DNA from: an uncultured Spirochaetota bacterium
Lineage (GTDB): Bacteria; Spirochaetota; Spirochaetia; SZUA-6; Fen-1364
Length of the DNA stretch: 64,000 nt
Reading direction: 5' to 3'
Assembly: GCA_963745235.1 (NCBI GenBank)
Contig: CAVUXE010000011.1
Span: 32,001 to 96,000, forward strand
The notes below the pieces were generated by a model. It did not search any database and was not told the origin of the DNA. It saw only the letters and a program-made list of their open reading frames with translations. Shown one piece after another: positions 10,855 to 20,794 of this stretch. A program made the translations under genes and the position numbers. Positions within the stretch are counted from its first letter, which is position 1; each line of letters opens with the position of its first letter.

Positions 10855-11724
10855 ATGTTCATGATGCGATCTGCAGCCTGTCTGCGGTCTGGCAAAAGGT
10901 ATGTGAGACTCATTCGTAAGATAGCCATTGACGTCGCTCTCGGTGCCGGCGCGATGACTCGAAAGAGCTACGGCAACTCGCTTCAGGTGGACAAGACGTT
11001 GCCTCACGATTTGAAACTACGCCTGGACCGCACATGCGAGGAGAGGATCTTGACTACCATTCGACGAAGATTCCCGGAACATGGGGTGTTATCAGAAGAA
11101 AATGGGTATACGCCAGGTGTAGATCCGTTTCTTTGGATAGTGGATCCTTTGGATGGCACTGTTAACTTTTTCCATGAGATCCCGTTTTTCTGCACGTGCG
11201 TGTCTTGCCACAAAATCAAAGAACGCCAAGGCATCCAAGGAGAGATCCTCCTGCCCGACGGCCGCGCGGTTGGCTCAGCGCTGGTGAGCGTTATCTACAG
11301 ACCGGTCGGGGAGGAGCTTTTCACAGGGTTTCTCGATGGTGGTGCTTACTTGAATGGCAGATTGCTTCATTTGGAACACTTGGCCGATCTTTCGCTGGCA
11401 ATCGCCTCTCTTTCTTTTGGGGCGCGGGATGGGAGCATAGCATACATTGGCAGGCTACTCCCCCGGATGGTCGAACGCGCGCAGAAGGTGCGAAGCTTCG
11501 GCAGCACGGCCCTGGACATAGCGTATGTTGCGGCAGGTAGGGTAGGAGCGTTCGTGCAGATGGGTACCAATCTCTGGGATTTCGCCGCGGCGGCAGCTAT
11601 CCTGAAAGAAGCGGGAGGCGTCCTAGAGGCCGAGGAATACACTCGAGGACGATGGAAGGTTGTCGCGGGCAATCCCGGCACATTTCCTGAAGTGCGAATG
11701 ATAGCTGAGGGAGCGCTCAAATGA
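10855..11724 (+). CDS. Inositol monophosphatase family protein (true start possibly GTG 10903)
   Basis: SEE, WIVDPLDGTVNF, RSFGS, WDFAAA. Confidence 0.9.
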   Translation: MFMMRSAACLRSGKRYVRLIRKIAIDVALGAGAMTRKSYGNSLQVDKTLPHDLKLRLDRTCEERILTTIRRRFPEHGVLSEENGYTPGVDPFLWIVDPLDGTVNFFHEIPFFCTCVSCHKIKERQGIQGEILLPDGRAVGSALVSVIYRPVGEELFTGFLDGGAYLNGRLLHLEHLADLSLAIASLSFGARDGSIAYIGRLLPRMVERAQKVRSFGSTALDIAYVAAGRVGAFVQMGTNLWDFAAAAAILKEAGGVLEAEEYTRGRWKVVAGNPGTFPEVRMIAEGALK

Positions 11725-12411
11725 GGGTAGTCCTAGTACGTCACGGTCAGACAGAGATGAATGCGCACGGGGTCTACAGGGGGAGGATCAACGTGTCGCT
11801 AAGCGCCCGTGGAATAGAGGAAGCAAGAGCCATGGGCAGGGTTCTTGAAACGGCTCAACTGGACTTGATCTATTCCAGCCCGCTGAATCGAGCGATTGAA
11901 ACGGCGCGTGAAATTGCTTCTTTTCACCCAGGGATTGGCGTCGAGACTGCTGAGGAGTTTACCGACATGAATTTCGGCAAATGGCAGGGGCTCAGTGTGC
12001 CGGAGGTCGAGATGCGGTTTCCAGAAGCATATCGAATCTGGGTAAGAAGACCTGATCAGGCTGAAATAGCCTGCGGCGAGAATCTGCGCGTGGTAAGAAA
12101 ACGCGCTTTAGCCGGGCTGAAACGCATTGCTGTCTCTCCGTCCGGAAGCAACCGTTGTCGTGGTTTCACATGGGGTAGTGAACAAAGTTCTTCTGTGCGC
12201 GCTCCTTGGCGCGCCAGTCAGCGCCTTCTGGCATGTAAAACAGGATAATGGAGCGCTCAATCTTTTGGAGTATTCGCCCCTTGGTGCAAAAGTCTTTCTC
12301 ATGAATTATGTCTGTCATCTCGCTTCTATACCTCGCCTCATTTCTGACATGGACCATTCGAGCACTCCGGTCGGACCTACTACTGATGATGAAAGGCAGT
12401 ACGATACGTGA
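11721..12411 (+). CDS. Histidine phosphatase (PGM/CobC-like), frameshift ~12140
   Basis: LVRHGQT, YSSPLNRA.ETA, and VVSHG in the next frame; ATGA overlap with the IMPase. Confidence 0.85.
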
Positions 12412-12520
12412 GAAAAAGCTTTTGTCGATTTGACCCGGATGCATTCAAAATAATGCTTAGCTGAGTCCTACAAGCCTTAACAGAGGCCATCGCGGTTAAG
12501 CCCGACTGTCTTTTCCTGTG

Positions 12521-12787
12521 TTATTTACCGCTAGTCAATTTGGATCTGTTCCCAGCCGTACTTTCTTTCCAGAATTCTTGGAGTTCCTTTAGGTCCTTCT
12601 CATTCTCGCTTCGTACGCGACCAACCCAAAAGGGGCCATCCGCAATACCGGCGACCGAAAACGAACCCTTAAGGTAACTCGCGCTTTCGTCAATCTCCGA
12701 CTTTATTTCGTCACCGCCATTGGCGCGGCAAGCGAACATTTGGCACAGACCGGTAGCATCAGGAAAGATTTCTGAGAATTTCTTCAC
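12521..12787 (-). CDS. Small hypothetical protein
   Basis: 88-aa ORF preceded by a GGAGG RBS on the minus strand. Confidence 0.35.
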   Translation of the reverse strand: MKKFSEIFPDATGLCQMFACRANGGDEIKSEIDESASYLKGSFSVAGIADGPFWVGRVRSENEKDLKELQEFWKESTAGNRSKLTSGK

Positions 12788-13149
12788 GGCTCAGCCTCCC
12801 GATTGTGATTCGCTATAGTACCACCACAGATTTGTGAAGTAAAGGAGTCTTACGGCGTTATGCACTGCGTGACACCCGTCTAGCTTCGACACGATTGTGG
12901 CAGCGAAGGAGCGGCTGGCAACCAAATAGGTTGTACGCCCTCGCAACAGTGCAGGCCCTCGGGCACGCAAACGCAAACATCACCGAGGCCTTGTGGTCTG
13001 GGACTTGCCGGGTTGGCTCTGGAATTTGGTTCTGGGCAAAGACAGTGAGCAATAACCAGGATGACCAAAGACACAAGGAATCGCGAGCGCGCTGAATTGT
13101 TGACTCGGACGACCACCCCCTTCGCTACTATCGCGATCATGGAAGAGTG

Positions 13150-14120
13150 ATCGATAATCTTCTGGACGGAATAACACATATTTACCAAACAATCTACAAC
13201 AGAGCAGAACGAAGACATGAAGACCGCACAAGACAGGGAGACATGCTGGCCTTGATTACAATTCGGGAAGCAGCAACAAAAATTGCCCAGGCTTTCGGTA
13301 CCATCCTGAATCTGTTGAACCTCCAGGCGTGCATCGTGGGTGTATCTCGAGCAGGCGAACATCCTTCTCGATCCGATACGAAACGCTCGATGGCGCAAAG
13401 GCCGCTCCGTCATCGATTTGTAGGATCCACAGAAAGCGGCGAAAAAGGGGTCCGAATTCGCTCCTTCCGCAGAGTCTGTCGCAAACCTATACACCTATTA
13501 TTCGACCAAGAAGAAGTTTCAAGACTACTAGCCAAAAACGTGGATTGGTTGGCCTGGTGGTGGAGGCCTTTGTTCGAGGCATCCCCTGCTTCCACATATG
13601 CACCAGGGGCCGTTCGGGTCGACGCAGCGGTGACCAATTTCCGCCGCGTAGCCCTTTGCGCCTCTGAAGAGCTTGCCGTCAAGAACAAGGCTCCCCCCGA
13701 TGTCCGTCCCGATCGTAATCATGACGAAATTGCTGCATTCCCTCCCGGCACCGAACAGCAGCTCGCCCAGGGCGGCGCATATGGCGTTGACCGCAACCGT
13801 CGGCACGCCAAACTGCGAGCAATATATCCCTGAACAGAATTGCCCTGAAGGGAAGGAATATTGGCATCCTTCAAGAAAGATGCCGCTCTTTACATCAGTG
13901 AATCCTGGCGTGCCGATGCCGATTCCGATGAGCCTGCCATCTTGCGGCTTTGCTCTTAGCACCGAATCAAAAGACGCTTGCCACTGAACCCATGATGACT
14001 TCGAAATCGGCGCGCGAGTCGATCATGACTGGGGCACCAGCCATGATTGTCCCGTTTTCTTCGCACCAGACCAAGCTTGACCTAGGTTCCTCCGAAATCG
14101 ATACAAGCTAGAATATCCAT
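13150..14120 (-). pseudogene. ROK-family sugar kinase pseudogene
   Basis: MDILACIDFGGT* (in-frame stop), GIGIGTPG, TIGTDIGG, AEIGH..CICGSRGCLE; several frameshifts. Confidence 0.8.
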
Positions 14121-14167
14121 GTGCCGCCATGACTCGCCTTTTCCAGGCATCACTTGTTCGCCGGGCG

Positions 14168-14602
14168 CTACCTGCAGGGGCAGGCGCCGGGCTCTTCGCC
14201 TTGACGTGTCTGGCCTTCCCACCTGCCGATGGCCCCGAAATCGACGACGCGCGTGTAGCCCAGCCCTCGCAGGGTCTTCGTGGCCAGTGCAGCTCTGCCG
14301 CCGGAGGCGCAGTAGACGATGACCAGCGCCGAGGCGTCCGTAGTCGGAAGACGAGCGGCGATCTTGTCGTAGGGGATGTTGATCGCGGTGGGAATGTGCC
14401 CTGACATGTATTCGTCCGGGGTGCGCACGTCGACGAGCACGTACGGCTCCAGCGTCTCTGCCAGGAGGGCGGCAAGTTGCCCAGGGTCTGTATAGTCTCT
14501 GACAGCAGAGGGCTCGGGCGCTTTCGCCTTTGTGAGGCAGGCGGCAAGGATCGCCGTCAAGGTGATGATTGCGAGAATGCGAAGTGGTTTCCAGGTTTTC
14601 AT
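14168..14602 (-). CDS. Rhodanese-like domain lipoprotein
   Basis: Lipobox ILAAC, DVRTPDEY..GHIP, VYCASGGRA. Confidence 0.85.
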   Translation of the reverse strand: MKTWKPLRILAIITLTAILAACLTKAKAPEPSAVRDYTDPGQLAALLAETLEPYVLVDVRTPDEYMSGHIPTAINIPYDKIAARLPTTDASALVIVYCASGGRAALATKTLRGLGYTRVVDFGAIGRWEGQTRQGEEPGACPCR

Positions 14603-14863
14603 AGAGATCCTCCTTCTCCCCTGCCCGAGCGCAGATCACCCGAGGGTGCTGAGGACGCGGTCAAGGTACTGGATGCTCCTCGAGATCATCCGTAAATGAT
14701 CCGCGGATATTCCCTTCCAGAGCAAGGCTTTCCGTGTAGCCAATCTCCGCCTGCAGCCTGAAAATGCGGGTGAAGTCCAGCTGTCCGAACCCCGGAAGAA
14801 GCCGGTTGTTATTGGGAAATGTGCAAGCAATGGTAGTGTAGTGTGCCCGAAAGCGCAAGAGCA

Positions 14864-16434
14864 CGCATTGCCTCATCAGAATTCTAACCCAACGAGCTGA
14901 TTTGCCTCATCGAAAAATCTAACCCTAAAAAATCCCCTCCGCGACCTGACATGATGGCGCCGCGGGAGGAAAAGGGTGGGATTAACGATGAGGGAGAAGA
15001 AATCCATTACTCGCGTGACGGCTCGCAGATACCGGAATGCGAACAAGAAAGCCAAGCAGAAAATCCTGGACGAGCTTACTCGAACGACTGGCTACAACCG
15101 CAAGTATGCCATCCACATGCTTACCAATTGGGGCAAAGAAAAGTTTCACAGGGTGGAGGGGAGGTCGATCAAGTTTACCGTCGGCCAGCCCACAAAGCGC
15201 AAGAAACGCCTCGGCAGGCGTATCTATGATGAGAGGGTCCGAGAGGCTGTTCGCAAGCTCTGGCAGTTGTTTGACTACATGTGTGGCAAGCGCCTGGCGG
15301 TCATCATACGGCTGAACATCGCGATGTTGCACCGGGAACCGGATCTGGGCATCGATGAGGCGGTGAAGCAGAAGCTCCTGAAGATCAGCCCTGCCACCAT
15401 CGACCGCATGCTGACCACAGAGCGCAAGAAACTGGTGATCAAGGGCCGCAGCCACACCCGTGGCGGCACGCTGCTCAAGCACCAGATTCCCATCCGCACC
15501 TTCTATGATTGGGATGAGCGCAAGCCGGGCTTTTTCGAAGCCGATACTGTGGCCCACGACGGGGGAAATAGTTCGGGGGAATGCTGCTTTACGCTGAACG
15601 CCACCGACGTTTTCTCTGGGTGGGTGGAGCTGCGCTCATTGCCCAATCGGGCGCACCGGTGGGTCAAAGACGAAGCGGAAGGGATTCGTGCACAGCTGCC
15701 TTTTGCGCTTAAAGGTTGGGATTCCGATAACGGAGGAGAGTTTATCAACCACCAGCTTTTGAACTGGGCCAACGAGCATCACATCAGCTTCACCCGTGCT
15801 CGCTCCTATCGCAAGAATGACAACTGTTTCGTCGAGCAGAAAAACGATCTGGCCGTTCGACGCACGGTGGGCTACTACCGCTTCGAGACGCAGGCCGAGT
15901 ATGAGGGGCTCAAAGAGGTGTACAAACACCTGTGCCCGCTGTTGAACTTTTATTACCCCTCGGTGAGAATCATCGAGAAGACTCGAATCGGGGCACGAGT
16001 GAAGAAGAAATACGATGCACCCAAACCGCCTTACCAGCGGATGTTGGAATCCCCCGATGTTGAGGAGGAGGTGAAGAAAGAGCTCCGACGACGTGCCCAG
16101 AAGCTACACATCGTGAAGCAGAAACGTTTGGTGGATCAAGCTGTGGCGCGGTTGATGCGGATACACGATGAGAAAAACCAAGGGCACTTGTTGCTGGAGT
16201 AGGGCTCGCCGGGCACGTGCATCGACCAGACGGCCGCGTGTGATCGAAAACGTACGTCGTGGCGGGCCAAGGGCGCATTTCCCGAGGCGAGGTGGTATCC
16301 AGGTACCCCTCGAAATGGCTGGACTTCGCGGGCAAGACGCACTTTTGAGTGGGGCCTCGGAGCCAGCTCCAGGGTTAGAATTTTGGATGAGGCATTCAAA
16401 GAACTACGGTTAGAATTTTTGGTGAGGCAATACG
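14864..16434 (+). mobile_element. Apparently intact IS (rve/DDE integrase type) with doubled terminal repeats and an imperfect 5-bp target duplication
   Basis: Left end CGCATTGCCTCATCAGAATTCTAACC plus a second copy at ~14902; right end is the reverse complement (16408-16434) plus a second copy at ~16372; flanks gagca/gagcg. Confidence 0.85.
14976..16202 (+). CDS. DDE-type integrase/transposase (408 aa)
   Basis: GFFEADTVAH, DSDNGGEF, RKNDNCFVEQKN. Confidence 0.9.
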   Translation: MGLTMREKKSITRVTARRYRNANKKAKQKILDELTRTTGYNRKYAIHMLTNWGKEKFHRVEGRSIKFTVGQPTKRKKRLGRRIYDERVREAVRKLWQLFDYMCGKRLAVIIRLNIAMLHREPDLGIDEAVKQKLLKISPATIDRMLTTERKKLVIKGRSHTRGGTLLKHQIPIRTFYDWDERKPGFFEADTVAHDGGNSSGECCFTLNATDVFSGWVELRSLPNRAHRWVKDEAEGIRAQLPFALKGWDSDNGGEFINHQLLNWANEHHISFTRARSYRKNDNCFVEQKNDLAVRRTVGYYRFETQAEYEGLKEVYKHLCPLLNFYYPSVRIIEKTRIGARVKKKYDAPKPPYQRMLESPDVEEEVKKELRRRAQKLHIVKQKRLVDQAVARLMRIHDEKNQGHLLLE

Positions 16435-17003
16435 GAGCGCCGCCGTGCTGTCGCATTCCTCGATGTTCATATGGAACGTGTCTGGGAGGAATCCCCATCC
16501 CGCCTCCTTCGCAGCCGGAGCACAACGCAGAGGCCTGCTCCAGCGTATTCGCCAACCGAGGTTTCGTTGCGATTCGTTGCCTCAATGAGGATGGGAACCG
16601 GATCAGCGACACGCACTTCGGCCGGCTCCGCGACTGATAGGATGAAGCGTTCCGTCGTGGTCGGATGGTCCGGCACGGGCGGACTCTTGAGCAGCCAAAT
16701 GATGAGCTTTGCGGAAAAATGCCGCGCGTAGCGGATGAGACCGGCGCAGTGAGATACCGACTTCCTTCGAGCCTCGTCGTTGGCGTTTGACAGGGAGAGA
16801 CTGCGAGCCTCGGCGTATGCACCCCGATGCGAGCTTGGTCATTGAGAACCCGAAATCCTTCAGGTATTCTATCAGTGCGTCCGGGTCCACCTAGTTTCTC
16901 CTTCGCCAGGGTGAGGACTCCGGCAAAGTCTCTGCTCAGCTGGTAGTCCACTGGCAGGGTCAGCTGCACCCCAGGGTAATCGTGGCGCGGTTTGCATGTC
17001 GAC

Positions 17004-17696
17004 TCATCCTCCCGGCTGCAGCGACTTCACCCACTTCACGGTGCTGCCGATATCCTCGCTATTGAACAGGAGGGAGCCCATGACGATGAGTTGGGCTCCG
17101 GCCGCGCGCAAGCCTGGCACAGTACTGGCCCTGATGCCGCCATCTGACTCCACGCGCACGGTCCGTTCTAAGCCGTGCTCTTTGACGAGGGCGCGGACCG
17201 CGCGAACCCGGGGAGCGGCAAGGGGGGAAAGGTTCTTTCCCTTCACTCCCATCGGAGTGCCCATGAGAACCACGATGTTGATGGACGGCAAGCTCGGAAC
17301 GAGGGACTCCAACGGCACGTCCAGACCCAGAGCCAATCCGGCAGCCAGCTCGCGGCGTGCCGTTCGCTCCAGAGCAGCCGGGACACGCGAGCCGTTTTCG
17401 CAGTGGACCGTTATCATGTCCGCGCCCGCGTCAGCAAAGTCGTCGACCAGAGACAACGGGTTCTCCGTCATAAGGTGGACATGGAACGGTTTCTTCGTGA
17501 GAGGCCGCAGCGCGGCAACCAGATCGGGGAAGAACACGAGGCCCGGGACGAAATGCGCGTCACAGACGTCGACATGGTAAAGATCCACATGGGCATCCAC
17601 ACGCTCGATTTCTGCACCCAGCCGGGTGAAGTCCGCTGACCACAGCGACGCTTCGGCTAGGAGGTCATTGCCAGGGAACCGGTTCCAGAAATCCAT
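17004..17696 (-). CDS. rpe: Ribulose-phosphate 3-epimerase family protein (divergent; possibly a hexulose-6-phosphate epimerase)
   Basis: SLWSADF, HVDVCDAHFVP, HVHLM, TVHCE, SDGGI, MGS. Confidence 0.85.
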   Translation of the reverse strand: MDFWNRFPGNDLLAEASLWSADFTRLGAEIERVDAHVDLYHVDVCDAHFVPGLVFFPDLVAALRPLTKKPFHVHLMTENPLSLVDDFADAGADMITVHCENGSRVPAALERTARRELAAGLALGLDVPLESLVPSLPSINIVVLMGTPMGVKGKNLSPLAAPRVRAVRALVKEHGLERTVRVESDGGIRASTVPGLRAAGAQLIVMGSLLFNSEDIGSTVKWVKSLQPGG

Positions 17697-17706
17697 GGGT
17701 CGTCCC

Positions 17707-18117
17707 TATGACTCCCTGACCAGGTACTTCTTCGGGAACTCGGCGCCCACGACGTACTTGAACAGGGGGTCGCGGATCATCTGGTAGACGTTCACGCGAA
17801 AGCTCGGGTTCACGGTGAGCAGGAGGTAGGCGTCGGTTGGCGTTATGCCGTACTCATTCACCATCCACCTCCATGCGGTAGGTGATATGGAAAGAAAATT
17901 CTATACGCTCGCATCGATGGATTAACGCGACAATTCAAGGTGCCCTCCGTCTTGACCTCATCCTCCGTAGGGAGATCCTTTTCGGACTCGATCTTTCCCC
18001 CCCCGTGTTGTCCCGGGTCTCCACCATGAACTCCTCTTCCTGGCCGACCCTGACAACGGGCGGTTTCGTCCAGTCGAACGTGTAGCTGAGCCGAGCTTCC
18101 CATGAGATTCGCTTCAT
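17707..18117 (-). pseudogene. Acetamidase/formamidase-family remnant with internal deletion
   Basis: N-terminal SYTFD..PPVVRV..EEFMVETRD and C-terminal DAYLLLTV..RVNVYQ..VGAEFPKKYL lie close together with the middle of the gene missing. Confidence 0.6.
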
Positions 18118-18469
18118 CTGATCGCCTCCACGCTGATTATTCTATAGGTAATCCGGGCCTTGTCAAAGCGCGGTTACTGCTGGGCTTCGGATGTCAGCGA
18201 CAGGCAGCAGGATCTCGAACTCGCAGCCTGATGGCGAACGGTTCTTTGCCTTTGTTGACGATGCCTATCTCACCTAGAGTCAAAGAACTGATCTCCTGCC
18301 TCGAAGCGTTTGGGAAAGCGTGCGCTGCGGGGATATCCGAGGCGCGGCAACTGCGTAGATCTCGCCGGCGTGTTTTCCGAAATTCATGATCAGTTCGCTC
18401 TTGCTTTCGAGCGGTTAATGGCTCAGACGATTCGGTCTTTGCTATTACGGCTGCTGCGGAGCCGCTCAC

Positions 18470-18528
18470 TTGACAGATGTCGTTCGCCGTGAGAGTATGT
18501 GGTTGTTAAACTATGTAATTACATAGTT
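18470..18528 (+). promoter_or_regulatory. Sigma70-like promoter followed by a perfect 20-bp palindrome (putative GntR operator)
   Basis: TTGACA(18470)-17 bp-GAGTAT with extended TG; AACTATGTAATTACATAGTT at 18509-18528. Confidence 0.7.
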
Positions 18529-18573
18529 ACATTATGGTAACCCGATAATCGGGGAAGGAGTACTCGCGGAAAC

Positions 18574-18819
18574 ATGGCGCTCGGCATGGAGCTCGATACC
18601 ATTACGGCTGTTGTTTTGGGAGGCACAAGCATTGGGGGAGGCAGGGGGACGATCGCCGGCACGGTCATTTCGGTGCTCATGATAGGACTTTTAAGGAACG
18701 GCATGTACGCGAAGAATATTTCGCCGGAAATCATGAAGATAGTCATAGGAGGACTTCTCATTGTGAGTCTTCTTGTGCCACGGGTCCTTGGTGGTGTAGG
18801 GAAAGCTGAGGGAAAATGA
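18574..18819 (+). pseudogene. C-terminal fragment of a sugar ABC permease
   Basis: GMELDTITAVVLGGTSIGGGRGT; the N-terminal three quarters are missing. Confidence 0.8.
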
Positions 18820-19580
18820 AGGAAGAACTGTTTGTCCAGGTGGACAAGAACCGGGCAATCCCATTTTACTACCAAGTGAGCGAGTTTATCCAAGAACTCG
18901 TTCGGAAGGGCGATATCCAACCGGGCGAGCAAATGCTCCCCGAGGAAGTGCTCGCCGAGCGGTTCGGTGTTAGTAGACCGACGATCAACAAGGCAATAGC
19001 GATCCTTGTTCGTAAATCAGTGCTTTCGAGAGAACGAGGGAGGGGCACCTTCGTGTATTCGGGAGAGGTACGGCTCACACTCATGCAGGAACTAGCGAGC
19101 CTTCACGAGGCGATGCAGAAAAATAATATCAAATTTAGGACCGAAGTGCTGAAGCTGGAGCGGCTCAGGGCGGACAAGCAAATCGCCGGCCTGCTGGACT
19201 TGAAGGAAGGCGCCGCGGTCTTCTATCTGAAGCGTCTCCGCTACGTTGAGGACGAGCCGTTTCTCATTTCCAAATCCTATCTACCGTTCACCATTTTCCC
19301 GGGGTTTGAAGAGCACGACTTCATTACGAACTCACTCTATGCAGTTATAGAAAGCCAATACGAAATTCCTGTGATTAAGACTGAACGCTTTGCGCGGGCC
19401 GTCAAGGCCCTCGATGAGGAAGCGCATTTATTCAGGATACCGCTTGGTGATCCGTTGATCCAGCTCGAAGGAGTTGCGCTCACTTTGAAGGACCTAAAAG
19501 TCGAATACTTCAACACGAAGATCCGTGGAGACCGGGGTGTGCTAAGCACCACCTTGTTAAGGAAGCGGAGGCCAGCGTGA
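18816..19580 (+). CDS. GntR-family regulator, HutC/UTRA subfamily
   Basis: PFYYQV, LP.E..LAERFGVSRPT, RGRGTFV; UTRA-like RLR..EP..SLY. Confidence 0.92.
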   Translation: MKEELFVQVDKNRAIPFYYQVSEFIQELVRKGDIQPGEQMLPEEVLAERFGVSRPTINKAIAILVRKSVLSRERGRGTFVYSGEVRLTLMQELASLHEAMQKNNIKFRTEVLKLERLRADKQIAGLLDLKEGAAVFYLKRLRYVEDEPFLISKSYLPFTIFPGFEEHDFITNSLYAVIESQYEIPVIKTERFARAVKALDEEAHLFRIPLGDPLIQLEGVALTLKDLKVEYFNTKIRGDRGVLSTTLLRKRRPA

Positions 19581-19608
19581 AAAGACCCAAGACAGGAGGG
19601 GGATGTCA

Positions 19609-20794
19609 ATGGGCGACCGAATTAGTGCGATCTATGAAATTACGCCGCAGGTAGAATCACCCGAAAGGGCGTTCGATCTCCTGCTCCACGAGATGACGAG
19701 CGGCATACAGTATTTCTCCGGCCCTGACGGGGCAATCATGGACAAAATTGTAAACCATGTCCCGTCAGTTGATCGCAGCGTTATGGGAGAAATCGTCGCG
19801 GCAGAGAAAGGAGAAGATAGCTCGTACCGCATCACTTTTTCAATTCCTGCTTCCAACCTCAACCCCGAGATGGGGGGAATAACCAATTTGTGGCCGATTG
19901 TTGCAGGAGAAGTCTTCAATTTCTACTTCATCAGGAAGGCGCGACTGCTGGACCTCAGCCTGCCCGGAATCCTTCCAAGCGCGCTACCTAGGGCCGCGCT
20001 GCGGCCTGCAGGGCATGCGGGAGTTGCTCCATGCCGGCCCTGACCCACTCTTTGGCGCGATAATAAAGCCCAACGTCGGGCTTAATCCTGCGCAAGCTGC
20101 AAAGCTTGTGCAAAGTCTGGCAGATGCAGGATTCGATTTCATCAAGGACGATGAGATTTGCGTGGACCCAGTGCTTTGCCCGCTCCGCGAAAGGGTTTCC
20201 CGCGTCGCCGAGGCGCTAGACGCCTCGGCTGGACGGTCCGGCCGCAAGCCGCTTTACATGTCAAACATCACTGTGGACTTCGCCTCCCTCCACGAAGCGG
20301 CGCGAATAGCAGCCGAGTGTGGTGCCGGGGGATTCATGGTGGATCCGTTCTGCACGGGGATGTCGACGATCGACTTTCTGCGGCGCACCTTCCCTCTGCC
20401 GATCTACTGCCACCGGGTCGGCTATGGGCTCCACAGTTTGGGCCAGACCTACAGCGTGAGCTTCGAGCTGTTCAGCAAACTCTTTAGGTTGTTGGGCGCA
20501 GACTTTTCGCACGTGGGGGGAATCTGGGGGAGCGGGGCAGATGCTAAAATGAAAACCGGACGATATCTGGAAATCCTCAGACGCCGTGTTGCTGGAGCTT
20601 TGGACAGGAATGAGACCTGGCCTGTGGTGAGCGGCATTAGCCTAGAGAATATGGAGGAGTATTATCGCTTCTACGGGGATGACACGCTGTTCCTTGAGCA
20701 TATCGATATCTACACCGACACAGATGCTGCGCGGCGCAAGATCGACGCTCTCAAGCAGCGTGTAGAGGCAGCAAAGACGGGAGCCGGGGCGTGA
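19609..20794 (+). CDS. RuBisCO-like protein (form IV), one frameshift at ~19965; about 394 aa when joined
   Basis: GP.CGLQG.R, GAIIKPNVGL, GFDFIKDDE, IYCHR, RLLGADFSH, WPVVSG. Confidence 0.85.

Larger units (their letters stand above)
14636..17007 (-). pseudogene. Sugar phosphate isomerase/epimerase (TIM barrel) split by the IS at 14864-16434, with extra frameshifts
   Basis: ATG 17007 overlaps the rpe stop; ILIEATNRNET and LPDTFHMNIEE lie before the IS, NNRLLPGFGQLDF..IGY...LE after it. Confidence 0.75.

Noticed and set aside
14864-14925. CRISPR-like repeats
   Set aside because: Only two units, mirrored at the other end of a transposase gene; these are IS ends, and no cas genes are present
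19955-19975. Programmed frameshift controlling the RLP
   Set aside because: No slippery heptamer, and similar 1-bp shifts are common across the window
19609-20794. True CO2-fixing RuBisCO
   Set aside because: K177, N123, K334 and the GGG loop appear substituted, and no rbcS, prk or AMP-pathway genes are nearby
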